Below the pieces are notes generated by a model. That model did no database searches. It was not told the origin of the DNA and saw nothing but the letters and a program-made list of their open reading frames with translations. This document shows, piece by piece, positions 45,825 through 59,123 of a stretch of DNA of 64,000 nucleotides; within the stretch, counting starts at the first letter, position 1; each line of letters begins with the position of its first letter. The translations under genes and the position numbers were made by a program. This DNA is from an uncultured Planctomycetaceae bacterium (lineage in GTDB: Bacteria > Planctomycetota > Planctomycetia > Pirellulales > PALSA-1355). The stretch covers positions 1,376,001 to 1,440,000 of the forward strand of contig CAWAUV010000007.1 of the NCBI GenBank assembly GCA_963785305.1, written 5' to 3'.

Positions 45825-46095
45825 CTTTTAATTCGACTTTCGCGAAGAGAGCAAGGCGACAAGGCGTTTTCGGGCGAAAGGGTCGGAAAGGGTGAGGCGG
45901 AAACCTGTTTATACCCCGTGGCGGAGGTTCGTCACGCTGGAGATGCCTCGAAATGACGGCTCGCGCCTTTCGACAGGGGCGTCAATTTCATAAGCTGTTG
46001 CTTGGCATGATTTTGGCTTGGTCCCCCGCGGATCGGCCGTTGCCGGGGCCAAGCCGGCGACCAAACGCAACCATCTTCCCTGCCACGCCACCCAA

Positions 46096-46831
46096 ATGAG
46101 CCATGTCGTGAAAAACGCGGCCAAATCAACCGTCGATGAAATTCGAGCTCGGTTCGATGCCGACGTCGAACGGTTCGCGAATCTCGAGACGGGGCAATCG
46201 GCCACGATCGATTCGCCGCTAGCGCTCGAGCTCGTGGCCGCCGCCGCGGCCGCCGCTTCGCCCGGGGCGCGACACATCGTCGATGTCGGTTGCGGGGCCG
46301 GCAACTATGCTCTCAAACTGCTCGAGCGGCTGCCCGACCGCGATGTCACGCTGATCGATCTCAGTCGGCCGATGCTCGACCGAGCCCGACAGCGGATATC
46401 GGCCGCCACGCGTGGCGTCGTCACGACGCTCCAAGGCGATATTCGCGAACTGGAACTCGGCCAGGAGTCGGCCGATGTGATCGTCGCCGCGGCGACACTC
46501 CATCACTTGCGAACCGACGAGGAGTGGGGCTCCGTGTTCGCCGCGTTTCATCGCGCTCTGCGGCCGGGCGGCTCGCTTTGGATTTTCGATCTCGTGGCGA
46601 GCGATTGGCCCGCCGTGGGCGGTCTCTTGTGGCAGCGCTACGGCGACTACTTGGTGGAACTCAAAGACGCCGCTTATCGCGACACCGTATTCGCTTATAT
46701 CGAGCGCGAAGACACGCCACGATCGCTCGTGTATCAGCTCGATCGGATGCGCGAGGCCGGCTTCGACCCGGTGGAAGTGCTGCATAAACGTCTGGCGTTC
46801 GCCGCGTTTGGCGGGCGACAAAGCCGGCTAA
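46096..46831 (+). CDS. Class I SAM-dependent methyltransferase; 3' end uncertain
   Basis: VDVGCGAG, IDLS, LHHL, ALRPGG. Confidence 0.85.
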
Positions 46832-46908
46832 CCGGCTATCGAACAACGCCGGCTCGTTCGTTCGTAAAGGCCGGCGGCGCCAAGACGTATTGGGGTAGCC
46901 TTCTTTTT

Positions 46909-48585
<1,677 letters not shown>

Positions 48586-48847
48586 GGGCGGAAGGATTCC
48601 GTGGCTAGACGACACACAATGGAGGGAGGCGCCGCGGATCCGCCGCCGGCAGCCTGAATCCATCGATTATCGCGACCCGCCCGGCCGACGACAACCGCAA
48701 CTGGCTCAAAGTCGCATTTGGAATTCGCCGCCTGCCATCGCCGCCCCACGAGCACCGGCGAGCCGGCCGGCGGCGATTGACCGGGACGGACCCGCTGGTA
48801 GCATGGTCGCGGACAAGGAGGGTTCTTTCCAAGGACCGTTGATTCTC

Positions 48848-49810
48848 ATGGCATTCGATGCAAGCGAATTTCTTCCGACCGGCCTGCCCTCCCTCGAGCA
48901 TGCGCAGACCGCCCTTCCGGCGATCGCCAAAGACGCTCAAATGATGGCGTTGATCGACGAGCAGGTGCGGCGCCTGCCGACGCGACACCAAATCGTCGTT
49001 GGCGACGCGCGTAAGATGGACCTGACGCCCGGCAGCGTCCACTTGGTGCTCACAAGCCCGCCTTATTGGACACTCAAGCAATATCGGCCGGGCGACGGTC
49101 AATTGGGCCACGTGGTCGATTATGCGGAGTTCCTGGGCGAACTCGACCGTGTTTGGGCTCGCTGCTTCGACGCGCTCGCGCCCGGGGGCCGGTTGGTGTG
49201 CGTCGTGGGCGACGTCTGCCTGAGCCGCCGAAAAAACGAGGGGCGACATACCGTCGTGCCGTTGCATGCCGCGATCCAAGAGCAATGCCGGGCTCGAGGC
49301 TATGACAACCTTGCTCCGATCATTTGGCACAAAATCGCGAACGCGGTTTACGAGGCCAACGGCTCCGGCGGCGGTTTTCTCGGCAAGCCTTACGAACCCA
49401 ACGCCGTGATCAAGAACGATATCGAATTTATCCTGATGCAGTGCCGGCCGGGCGGATATCGGAGTCCTGATCTCGCGACGCGAGTGCTCAGCGTAATCAG
49501 CGACGCCAACCACAAGTCGTGGTTCCAGCAAATTTGGACCGGCGTCACGGGAGCGTCGACGCGCAATCACCCGGCGCCCTATCCGCTCGAGCTCGCCGAA
49601 CGCCTCGTGCGCATGTTCAGCTTCGTCGGCGACACAGTGCTCGACCCATTTCTGGGAACGGGCACCACGATGGCCGCCGCCATGAATTATGGGCGAAATT
49701 CGATCGGCTACGAAATCGACGGCGCTTATGCGAATCTCGCCCGCAAACGAGTCCACGCCACGAAAAGCATCCTCACGAATGCGGAAATCACAATCGATGC
49801 ACGACATTGA
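48848..49810 (+). CDS. Beta-class N4/N6 DNA methyltransferase
   Basis: TSPPY precedes HPAPYP and DPFLGTGTT. Confidence 0.9.
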   Translation: MAFDASEFLPTGLPSLEHAQTALPAIAKDAQMMALIDEQVRRLPTRHQIVVGDARKMDLTPGSVHLVLTSPPYWTLKQYRPGDGQLGHVVDYAEFLGELDRVWARCFDALAPGGRLVCVVGDVCLSRRKNEGRHTVVPLHAAIQEQCRARGYDNLAPIIWHKIANAVYEANGSGGGFLGKPYEPNAVIKNDIEFILMQCRPGGYRSPDLATRVLSVISDANHKSWFQQIWTGVTGASTRNHPAPYPLELAERLVRMFSFVGDTVLDPFLGTGTTMAAAMNYGRNSIGYEIDGAYANLARKRVHATKSILTNAEITIDARH

Positions 49811-50537
49811 CATCGATGGCGAGGTCAGCCAAGCCATCAAATTGTTCTGGACCACTCGCGATAAACAGGGCAAGGCGCAAGGCCGAAAAACCGGCGCCAA
49901 AGATGCCGGGCTTCGCGCGGCTGTGACCGGCGGACGCCATTTGGACGGGTTCTCCACGATTTGTCGCAAGCTCTGTAAGGCCGCGGGCGTGCCCGAAGCC
50001 CACGTCTATTGGAAAAAGAGCACGAAAGAATTGCCGGGCTACTTTTGCGCCGAGAAGGACTGGGATTTGGTGGTTGTCGCCAGGGGCAAGCTCCTGGCCG
50101 TGATTGAATTCAAGGCGCAAGTCGGACCAAGCTTCGGAAACAATATGAATAATCGTGCCGAGGAGGCAATCGGCAGCGCGACCGATCTTTGGGCCGCTTA
50201 TCGCGAAGGCGCTTTTCAACCCAGCGATCGCCCTTGGCTGGGCTACGTGTTTCTTCTGGAGGATTGTCCCGCGTCGAACGCGCCGGTCCGAGTCCGCGAG
50301 CGACACTTCCCCGTATTCGCGGAGTTTCAGGGCGCGAGTTATGCCAAGCGATATGAGATTCTACTGACAAAGCTGCGTCGCGAACGACTCTACGATGGCA
50401 CGGCGCTACTGCTCACCAAACGTACGGCCGGCCGCAAGGGAACCTTTACAACACCGAATCGCGAATTGAGTTTGCACAGCTTTGCCGCCGGCCTTTCCGC
50501 GCATGTCGCAGCCCACGCGAAATATGCGAAAGATTGA
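49797..50537 (+). CDS. PaeR7I/XhoI-family type II restriction endonuclease
   Basis: LPGYF..KDWDL, EFKAQVGPSFGNNMNNRAEEAIG, AYREG, SYAKRY. Overlaps the MTase gene by 14 nt. Confidence 0.85.
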   Translation: MHDIDIDGEVSQAIKLFWTTRDKQGKAQGRKTGAKDAGLRAAVTGGRHLDGFSTICRKLCKAAGVPEAHVYWKKSTKELPGYFCAEKDWDLVVVARGKLLAVIEFKAQVGPSFGNNMNNRAEEAIGSATDLWAAYREGAFQPSDRPWLGYVFLLEDCPASNAPVRVRERHFPVFAEFQGASYAKRYEILLTKLRRERLYDGTALLLTKRTAGRKGTFTTPNRELSLHSFAAGLSAHVAAHAKYAKD

Positions 50538-50639
50538 AAGACCGCGGGCCGCTGACCGCGGCCGTCGCAAGTCGCGACGAAGGTCGCAATGGGCAACCCG
50601 CGAGCTGGCGACGAAAACCAGGGGCGAATTGGCGAGATA

Positions 50640-53600
50640 TTATGGCATGCTCTGGGACTTGGGGCGTTTTTTTCGATCGCCGAGCCACATGATCGTGTAG
50701 TAGAAGATCGGCGTCAGCAGGATGCCGAACGCGGTCACTCCCAGCATGCCGGTGAACACGGCGGTTCCCAGCGAGCGGCGCATTTCGGCGCCGGCGCCGT
50801 GGCCTAGCATCAGCGGGAGCACGCCGAAAATAAACGCGAACGATGTCATCACGATCGGCCTCAGCCGCAATCGGCACGATTCCACGATCGCCTCGCGGAG
50901 CGGCTTACCCTCGCCGCGCAGTTGCTCGGCGAACTCGACGATCAGAATCGCATTCTTCGCCGCCATGACCCACCAGCACCAAGAATCCGATCTGCACGAA
51001 AATATCCACCGGCAAATGCATCAGCAGCATGCCGCAGGTGGCGCAGAGCAGACACATCGGCGCCACCAAAATCACGGAGAGCGGCAGCCGCCAGCTTTCG
51101 TATTTCGCCGCCAGCACCAAATAGACCAGGATCGTGCCCAAGACAAACGCGAACAGCGCCGCGTTGCCCGAGCGAAGCTCCATGAACGTGATCTCGCTCC
51201 ATTCGAAGGGAATTCCCAGGCGATCGGCCGTGGCGTCGATGGATTTGATGATCTCGCTCGAACTGGCCGTGGGATTGGGAATGCCGTTGATGCCGGCCGA
51301 GAGATACATGTTGTAGCGGCTGATGATCGCCGGGCCGCCCTTGTCGCGCACATCGACCAGCGTGCCCAGCGGAATCATTTCGCCTTGTTTGTTGCGCACC
51401 ATGAGTTGCTTGAGGCTGTCGACCTCGCGGCGATAGTTGGGCTCGGCCAAGAGGTTTACTTGCCAGGTGCGGCCGAACTTGTTGAACAAGTTGACATAGG
51501 CCCCGCCCATGTAGACTTGCAGCGTGTTGAACACATCGCTCACATCCACGTCGAGCGATTCGCACTTCGCCCGATCGACATCCACGAACAGTTGCGGAGT
51601 CTCGGCCCGATACATCGAAAACAACGCGGCGATGCGCGGGTCCTTGCGCACTTCCTCGACGAGCTCATCGGTCGAGCGCTGCAATTCCACGGGATCGACG
51701 AAGCCATGTTGCTCGACCTGAATCTTAAAGCCGCCGGCGTTGCCGAGGCCCATGATCGGCGGGGCGCGAAACGGCATGACCACCGCTTCATCAACCTCTG
51801 CGGCGCAAAGCCGCATGATCTGCCCGGCGATCGCGGCGTCGTATTCGGCCGGTGAAGTCCGCTCCTCGAACGGGCGCGAGAATAATGAACACCGTGCCGT
51901 AGTTCGAGCCGTTGGCGCCCATGACGAACGACTGCCCCGCCACGCTCACGGTATGCGAAACGCCCGGAATGCCGGCATATCGCGGCTGGCCGTCGGCCGG
52001 CGGCGGGCCGTGGTATTTACGCGAATCATCGCCCAAGGCCAGCCGCTCGATCTTGCGAATCACGGCCGCGGTGCGCTGCACCGAGGCCGAGTCGGGCAAT
52101 TGCACATTGACCAGCAGATAGCCTTGGTCTTGCTGCGGAATGAAGCCGGTGGGCGCATGGCGCATCGTCCAATAGGTGCAACCCAGCAGCACGCCATAAA
52201 CCGCCAGAATCAAGGCCGACACGCGCACCATTCGCGCGACGCCGCGGCCATAGAAATTGGCGATCGCGTCGAACACGCGGTTGAAGCCGCGAAAGAAAAA
52301 GCCGAGCGTCGCGTTCACCGGTCGAATAATGACCCAGCCCACGGCCGCGCCGGCCGCGAGCCCCGGCAGCGCCAAAACGGTCGACGCCAGATAACCGCCC
52401 AGGCGACCGGCCGCCGCGGGATCGACCTCGAGCCAGGCGAGCAGCGGGTCGCCGAAGCGCGGCGTCAGGAACCGGTTGGAGAAATACGCGCCCAAACAGG
52501 CGAAGAACCACCACGGCAGGGCCTCGCGATGATGCTCGTGACCGGCGTCGCGCTGAAAGATCGTCACCGCGCGGGCCGGCGTGAGCGTCATCGCGTTGAT
52601 GGCCGAGATCACCATCGCCGCCGAGATCGTGAGGGCGAATTGGCGAAAGAATTGCCCGTTGATGCCCGGCAAAAACGCCGCCGGCACGAACACCGAGCAC
52701 AACACCAGCGTGATCGCCACGATCGGCCCGGTGATCTCGCCCATGGCCTTGATCGTGGCGGCGCGGGCATCGAGCCCGGTGGCGATCAGGCGTTCGATGT
52801 TTTCAAGCACCACGATCGCGTCGTCGACCACGATGCCGATCGCGAGCACCAGGCCGAAGAGCGTGAGACTATTCAAACTAAAGATAAACGCCGGCACATG
52901 CGCGGCGGCCCCGAACATGGTGGCCGCGGCCATCACCGCAAGCGTGCCCACGAGCGACACCGGCACATCGATCATCGGCAGGATCATCGCCCGCCAGTCT
53001 TGCAAGAAGAGCAGCACCACGATCGCCACCAAGATCACGGCGTCGCGCAGGGTGTTGAACACTTCGTCGACCGATTGATGGATAAAGGGCGTGGTGTCGT
53101 AGACGATGCGATATTCGATGCCCTTGGGAAATTGCCGCTTGAGCTCCTCCATCCGCCGTTTGACGCGATCGGCCGTTTCGAGCGCGTTGGAGCCCGGCAA
53201 TTGAAAAATGGCCAGCCCGGTGCTTGATTGGCCGTCCATCGTCACCCGTTGGTCGTATTGCTGGGCGCCCAGTTCGACGCGGGCCACGTCGCGCAGCCGC
53301 ACCACTTGGGTCGAGGTCGTGCCCTCGCTGCTCGGCGCCCGATCGGTCTTGACGATGATATTGCCGAACTGGCCCGGCTCCTCCAACCGGCCGAGCGTGG
53401 TCATGGTCAATTGAAATTCTTGTCCCTCGGGGGCCGGCTGACGGCCGATCTGCCCAGCCGCCACTTGCACATTTTGCTTTTGCACCGCGCTCACGATATC
53501 GCCCGTCGTGAGGTTGCGAGCCGCCATGCGGCTCGGATCGAGCCACACGCGCATACTGTAATCCCGCTGGCCGAAGATCATCGCGTCGCCCACTCCGGGC

Positions 53601-54109
53601 AGCCGGGCCAATTCGTCCTTGATGTGAATCGTGGTGTAGTTGCTCACGAAAATGTCGTCGTAGCGACCATCGGGTGAATAAAGATTGACCACCAGCAAAA
53701 TGCTCGGCGATTTCTTCGTGGTTTGCACACCCTGCACCTGCACCTCGGGCGGCAACTGGGGCATGGCCAACTGCACCCGATTCTGCACGAGCACCTGGGC
53801 CACGTTGAGATCGACTCCCAGATCGAATGTCACGGTGAGCGTGTAGGCGCCGTCGTTGGTGCATTGCGACGACATATAGAGCATGCCCTCGACGCCGTTG
53901 ACCTGTTGCTCGATCGGCGCGGCCACGGAATCGCCCACCACGGCGGCATTGGCGCCCGGATAGGTGGCGCTCACTTGCACCGTGGGCGGAGTGATGTCGG
54001 GATAGAGGGCGATCGGCAACATCCCACACGCCACCGCGCCGATGAGCGTGATGACGATTGAAATCACCCAGGCAAAGATCGGACGATCGACAAAGAAGCG
54101 AGCGAGCAC
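50640..54109 (-). CDS. RND efflux permease (AcrB-like), two frame breaks
   Basis: FFVDRPIFA, GIVVDDAIVVLEN, AKNAILIVEF, RLRPIVMTS. Confidence 0.93.
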
Positions 54110-54615
54110 GACGACTCCTTAAAACCCACATCCGAACCGCGCACATCCGTGAGGGCGACTTCCCTCGCCCCCAGGAGCGGACTCATTCTGACCGGATTGT
54201 ATTGGATTGCTTGTTGCCGGCCGATAGCATGTCCGCGGTGGGGTTCGATAACAAGCCTCAAAGTCTACCCGCATTCGCCGCAAACCCAAAGGCGGCCGAA
54301 GGCGAAGCTCTTGGAAGAACGGGCTCTCGGGCGCGGCGCTCGGAAACGGACGTACCGGTTTCTCTGTTCCGGCGGCGCGTCCATCGCCCGCTGCCGCCCG
54401 CGTCATGCCGACGATCGGCAAATCCGCTTCCCGCCGCATGCGCGGAACTCTTGGGCGCCTTCTTGAAGCTTGGCTCGCGATTCCGATTCGTCGGCTCTCC
54501 TCCCGGCGCCCGCCCCGGCCTGTTTCCCGAGCTAGTATTTCCAGGGACATTACAACCACCCATTATGGCGTCGTTTGACGGGGCATTCATTTTCTTCCCA
54601 ACAGGGCGAAGTCCA

Positions 54616-56259
54616 ATGGCGCGGGAGCCGGCAAGTTCCACGACGAGCACCGCGGCGGCGCCCGGGTCGGCGCTTGCCGCGCAGTCGGGCGGCGAGGCCG
54701 ACTCGGCCGACCGCGCCTGGGAGCTCGTGCTCCGCCGGTTGCCAGCGCTGGTCTGGACGACCGACGCGTCGCTCAGGGTCACTTCGGCCGGTGGACCCGC
54801 CGTGGGCGAATGGATGGCCCCGGCTGGTGGCATGCTCGGTCGCTCGGTCGCCGAATGCTGGGCCAGCTCGCGCGACGCCGAGGCCACGGAGCGCGCCCAT
54901 CTCGCGGCGCTCGAGGGCCGCGCCTCGACGCTCGAACAAGTCGTGAATCGGCGCGTGTATCGCCTATATCTCGAACCGCTCGCCCAGTCCGGCGCCGCGC
55001 CTCGCGGTTGCCTGGGAATGGCGATCGATATTACGCCCCGCAAGCAAACCGAGGAGTGGCTTCAGCGATCCGCGGCCGCGCCCCCGGAATCGAGCGGCGG
55101 CTACCTGCCCGGCGTGCGCCAGCGGCTGCAAAACGAAGTGGAAGATCGCCGCGCGACCGAAGATTCGCTCCGCGCGAGCTTGGGACCATTTATCGAGCTC
55201 GCCACGAGCAGCGACGCCGCGTTTTGGATTTACGATCTCGGCGAAGCGCGGGTTCTGTATTTGAGCCCGGCCTATGAGCGGATTTGGGGTGTCTCCGCCG
55301 AGCACGCGCTGCGGGCGCCGGGCCACGCGATCTGGCGCGGGGCGCACGAAGACGACGCCCATCGCCTGGTGGACATGAATCTCGCGCAGCGGCAAGGGCT
55401 GCCGATTCACCAAGAGTTTCGCATTCGCCGACCCGACGGAGCGACGCGTTGGATCTTGGCTCGCGCGTTTCCGATCTTCGACTCCGAAGGTCGGCCGCAG
55501 CGCATGGCCGGCATCGCCGAGGACATTACTCCGCGCAAGCACGAAGAAGAACAACATCGGCGCCGCGAGCGATTGACCACCCTGGGGAATTTCTGCGCGG
55601 GAATCGCCCATGAGATCAACAATCCGCTGGGGGCGGCGCTGGTGAGTGTGCAAACCGCGGCGCGGCTCGCGCCGCCTGAAGCCCATCCGCGAGTGGCCGA
55701 GTGTCTGGAAGTCGCGCTCTCCAGCGTGCGGAGGTGCTCGGCGATCGTGAAGAGTCTGCTGCGCTTCTGCCGCGAGGAGCCGGCCTCGAAGGAACCGATC
55801 GACTTGAGCGCGGCGGTGACGCTGGCCGAATCGCTCACTCGGGCCTATGCCGCCGACCAAGGCTGCCGGCTCGAAACCTCGCCGAGCGCTGGGCCGCTGT
55901 GGGTCGAGGGAAATCAAATCGAACTCGAAATCGTGCTCGTGAACTTGCTGCGCAACGCGGTCGAAGCGGGCGCTACCCGAGTCACGTTGGAAACCCGCGA
56001 ATCGGCAAACGACGCCAAGATCGCCGTCGATGACAATGGCCGCGGGATTCGCGAGGCCGACCTCGAACGGTTGTGCGATCCGTTTTTCACGACGCGGCGC
56101 TCGCGCGGCGGCGCCGGGCTGGGCTTGAGCATCGTGCATTCGATCGTCGAGGACCACGGCGGCCGGCTCGACTTTCTGCCGAATTCCGCGGGCGGCACGA
56201 CCGCCTCGATCACGCTCCCGCGATTCCAAAAGGAACCTGTTTATCATGCGCAGTCTTAG
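54616..56259 (+). CDS. PAS-domain sensor histidine kinase
   Basis: AHEINNPL, NLLRNA, DNGRG, GAGLGL. Confidence 0.9.
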   Translation: MAREPASSTTSTAAAPGSALAAQSGGEADSADRAWELVLRRLPALVWTTDASLRVTSAGGPAVGEWMAPAGGMLGRSVAECWASSRDAEATERAHLAALEGRASTLEQVVNRRVYRLYLEPLAQSGAAPRGCLGMAIDITPRKQTEEWLQRSAAAPPESSGGYLPGVRQRLQNEVEDRRATEDSLRASLGPFIELATSSDAAFWIYDLGEARVLYLSPAYERIWGVSAEHALRAPGHAIWRGAHEDDAHRLVDMNLAQRQGLPIHQEFRIRRPDGATRWILARAFPIFDSEGRPQRMAGIAEDITPRKHEEEQHRRRERLTTLGNFCAGIAHEINNPLGAALVSVQTAARLAPPEAHPRVAECLEVALSSVRRCSAIVKSLLRFCREEPASKEPIDLSAAVTLAESLTRAYAADQGCRLETSPSAGPLWVEGNQIELEIVLVNLLRNAVEAGATRVTLETRESANDAKIAVDDNGRGIREADLERLCDPFFTTRRSRGGAGLGLSIVHSIVEDHGGRLDFLPNSAGGTTASITLPRFQKEPVYHAQS

Positions 56260-56951
56260 AGAACCCGAAACCACGGCGGGCGCGCCGAGCCGCGCTCGGC
56301 AGCTCGCGCGCCGAAGAGTCCGCCGCCCTTGCCGCCGCCGTGGACACTTCTTCCGCGCTTGCCGAGCCAGGTCGCTGCGTGCATGTGATCGACGACGATT
56401 CCGACTTTCGTCAGGGAGTGCGGCTCTTGCTCGCCAGCGCCGGGCTCGCGGTGGAAGTGTATCTCTCGGCCGAACATTTTCTCTCGACCTACCGAGCGCG
56501 CGAGATCGAGTGCGCGCTGGTCGACCTGCGCATGCCCGGCCTCACGGGCATCGAGCTGCAAGCCGCCCTGGCGACGCGCCATGTGTCGATGCCGCTGATC
56601 GTGATCTCGGGCTTCGCCGAAACGCCTTCCGTCGTGCGGGCGATGCAATCCGGCGCGCTCGATTTCCTCGAAAAACCGATCGAAGCCGACGCGCTCCTGG
56701 AGCGAATAGAAGCAGCGCTCGAAGCCGATGTGCGCCGCAAACAGCAGTATGCGAATCGGGTCCGCTCGCTGGCCCGGCTGAGCAACCGGGAACACGAAGT
56801 GCTCGATCTGCTCGTCGACGCGCGCACGACGATCGAAGTGGCGCACCGCTTGGCGATCAGCCCGAAGACGGTGGAAAAGCACCGGCTGAAGATCTTCGAA
56901 AAACTAAACGTCGACAGCGTGCCGGCCCTGATTCGCTTCGTGTTGGGTTGA
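56246..56951 (+). CDS. FixJ/LuxR-type response regulator; start uncertain
   Basis: VIDDD, DLRMPG, FLEKP, LSNREHEV..ISPKTVEKHR. Confidence 0.9.
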
Positions 56952-57019
56952 ACCGGCCGCCGGCGAGCCGGGCTCGCGCATTGTTTCGCCGCCGAGGCTC
57001 GACGCGGAGGAACCTCGCG

Positions 57020-57829
57020 TCAGTTCAGGGGGCCGGTGGCCGTCGCTGGCGATCGATCTTCGATGCGAGCGAGTCCTCGGAGCTGGGGCAGTTCATGGAA
57101 CAGCGCTTGGTCGCGCCGTAGCGGCATGTCTCCGGAATTGACCCAACGCACCACGCCGCCGCGATCGACGATGAAAATCGCATGGAGACGACGCGGTCCG
57201 ACAGTGCGACGAATTTCCGCGATCTTGCGATCGGCCGCGTTGTCCCGCGGCGTTTCCTTCAGCAATCCATAGGCCCGCGCCACGCGATTTTCGGGGTCCG
57301 AGAGCAGCGGGAATCCCAAGGCGCCTTGCTCGAACCGGCGCCTCGTCGCCTCGGGAGCGTCGGAACTGATGGCAACCACCTGGGCGTCGAGCTCGCGGAA
57401 CCGTGGCAGATCCGCATTGATCTCGTGAAGCTGCCGAACGCACGACGCGCAGCCCGAGCCCTGGTAGAACACCAAGACAGCGGATCGACCGTCGAGCAAT
57501 TCACGCCGGCTCCGTGCTTTGCCGCTGGTGTCGGAAAGCTCGAAATCAGGCGCCGGCCGGCCCAAGAGCGGATGGTCATGCGTGGGAACGGGATCGGAAT
57601 GCGTCGGAGCCTGCGTATCCGCGCTAACAAAGGCGCCAACATCCGCCTTGATGCAACAGGCGGCCGGCGTCGCGGAGCCGTATACAATCGTCGCGGGGCC
57701 AGGCTCGCGTGAAAGAACCTTCATCGCCACCAGCAGTCCGAGCCCGATGGCGAGCGGAGTCAACACGAAGGCCGCGCGGAAAACAGGCGCGGGGAGCTTG
57801 CGCTCGGGCGGCTCTTTCTCATCGGACAT
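57020..57829 (-). CDS. Membrane-anchored AhpC/TSA (redoxin) protein
   Basis: AAGGAGG RBS, TM helix, APDFEL, FYQGSGCASC, LLSDP. Confidence 0.8.
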   Translation of the reverse strand: MSDEKEPPERKLPAPVFRAAFVLTPLAIGLGLLVAMKVLSREPGPATIVYGSATPAACCIKADVGAFVSADTQAPTHSDPVPTHDHPLLGRPAPDFELSDTSGKARSRRELLDGRSAVLVFYQGSGCASCVRQLHEINADLPRFRELDAQVVAISSDAPEATRRRFEQGALGFPLLSDPENRVARAYGLLKETPRDNAADRKIAEIRRTVGPRRLHAIFIVDRGGVVRWVNSGDMPLRRDQALFHELPQLRGLARIEDRSPATATGPLN

Positions 57830-57846
57830 TGACGCCTCCTTCGTCG

Positions 57847-58682
57847 CTATTCCGGCAGCGAAATGACAATGTTCGTGTTCTGCCAATTCCAGACCGCCGG
57901 GTTGTTCGTCAACCATTCGTGTTCGAGGAACTGCGCATGACCATCGGCGAACAGCACAATGTTGCCAGCCGGGTGCGGCGCTGAAGTTCGTGCAGTATTG
58001 CCCTTGCGGGACTTCGGAATCGTCGACGCTCTGGGCCGAAAGCGGCTGGAGGCAGTTGTACCAAGGCGTGGGCCCGACGGGGTAATCGACGAGATTGCAC
58101 CCGATGTGCGATATCATCGCGGTCTTCGACGTGCCGCTCGCGCCGCTGATCTTTCCCGCCGAAATGCCGATCGGCGAATAGTAGAGCACGGCCCAGTTTT
58201 GCTGGAGGTACCCATAGTCGGTCAATCCATTGCCCCGCGCCGCGCGTGGGACAAAGATAGGTCGCGAGCATGACATTGCCGTTATTGAGGGGCACAATCG
58301 CTTCGCCGCCGCTCGCGTTGCCTGCCTGCTGAGACGACGACCCGCCGCCGGCGCCGTGTGACTGCACCGCGTTTTGCTCTTCCATGAAAGCGAGGGTTTG
58401 CAGATTCCAGCACGTGTTGGGAAAGGGATATGGCGGAGCGGTCGCGGCATTGTCGCTTTGGAAATAGCGGAAAGTCGAATGGAAGTTCTGGCAGGCGATT
58501 CCAATCTGCTTGAGATTGTTGAAGCAGCTCATGCGCAGGGCCGCTTCGCGCACCGCCTGCACCGCGGGCAGCAGCAACGCGATGAGCACACCGATGATGG
58601 CAATCACCACCAGAAGCTCGACGAGCGTGAAGCCGCGGCGTCGCATCCGACGCAAACAGATTTTTGGCTCTTCCGTTTTCAT
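57847..58682 (-). CDS. DUF1559 prepilin-type protein, frame breaks
   Basis: [35 protein letters not shown] and a C-terminal H-X9-DG motif ([12 protein letters not shown]). Confidence 0.88.
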
Positions 58683-58930
58683 GAGCCTTACTCGACAAAG
58701 AATCCCGTTTTGGGCAGTGTGCCCTCGCTGACCAGCCGGTTGAAAAACGCTCTCGTGGCATTTTTCAACTTTTCCGTCCTAGCCCGAAGCGTCGGCGAGG
58801 GATTCCGTAATCCGGCAAGAACCGTATGTCTTTTCGCCGAATGTACTTACACACGGAAGTCGCAAATTTTTCAATGAACGGCGCAACGCATATTAGCCAT
58901 TGTTCACGTCATTTGTTAGTCGTGACTAAT

Positions 58931-58953
58931 TAAAGTTAGGTGGTGAAACTATA
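58931..58953. promoter_or_regulatory. Candidate DtxR/MntR-type operator
   Basis: TAAAGTT-N9-AACTATA dyad in AT-rich DNA next to a DtxR-family gene. Confidence 0.45.
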
Positions 58954-59123
58954 TACAAAGCGAAGCCATTGTCAAGCACGCGATTCAGCCGGCGCTGTGG
59001 CATTGCGCGGGCGACTCGGTGGCAATGGGAGAGGCCGCGTGGTTTTCGGCTCTCGTGGGGCGTTCGCGTTAAACGCCGCCCAGCCCGCTTTGGGGCGCCC
59101 GGTCGATCGAGCGAATGCGTCGA

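Noticed and set aside
54110..54615. Possible riboswitch (c-di-GMP-I-like GCAAAC) in the RND/kinase intergenic region
   Set aside because: The GNRA-capped stem and downstream conserved elements are not in the expected arrangement.
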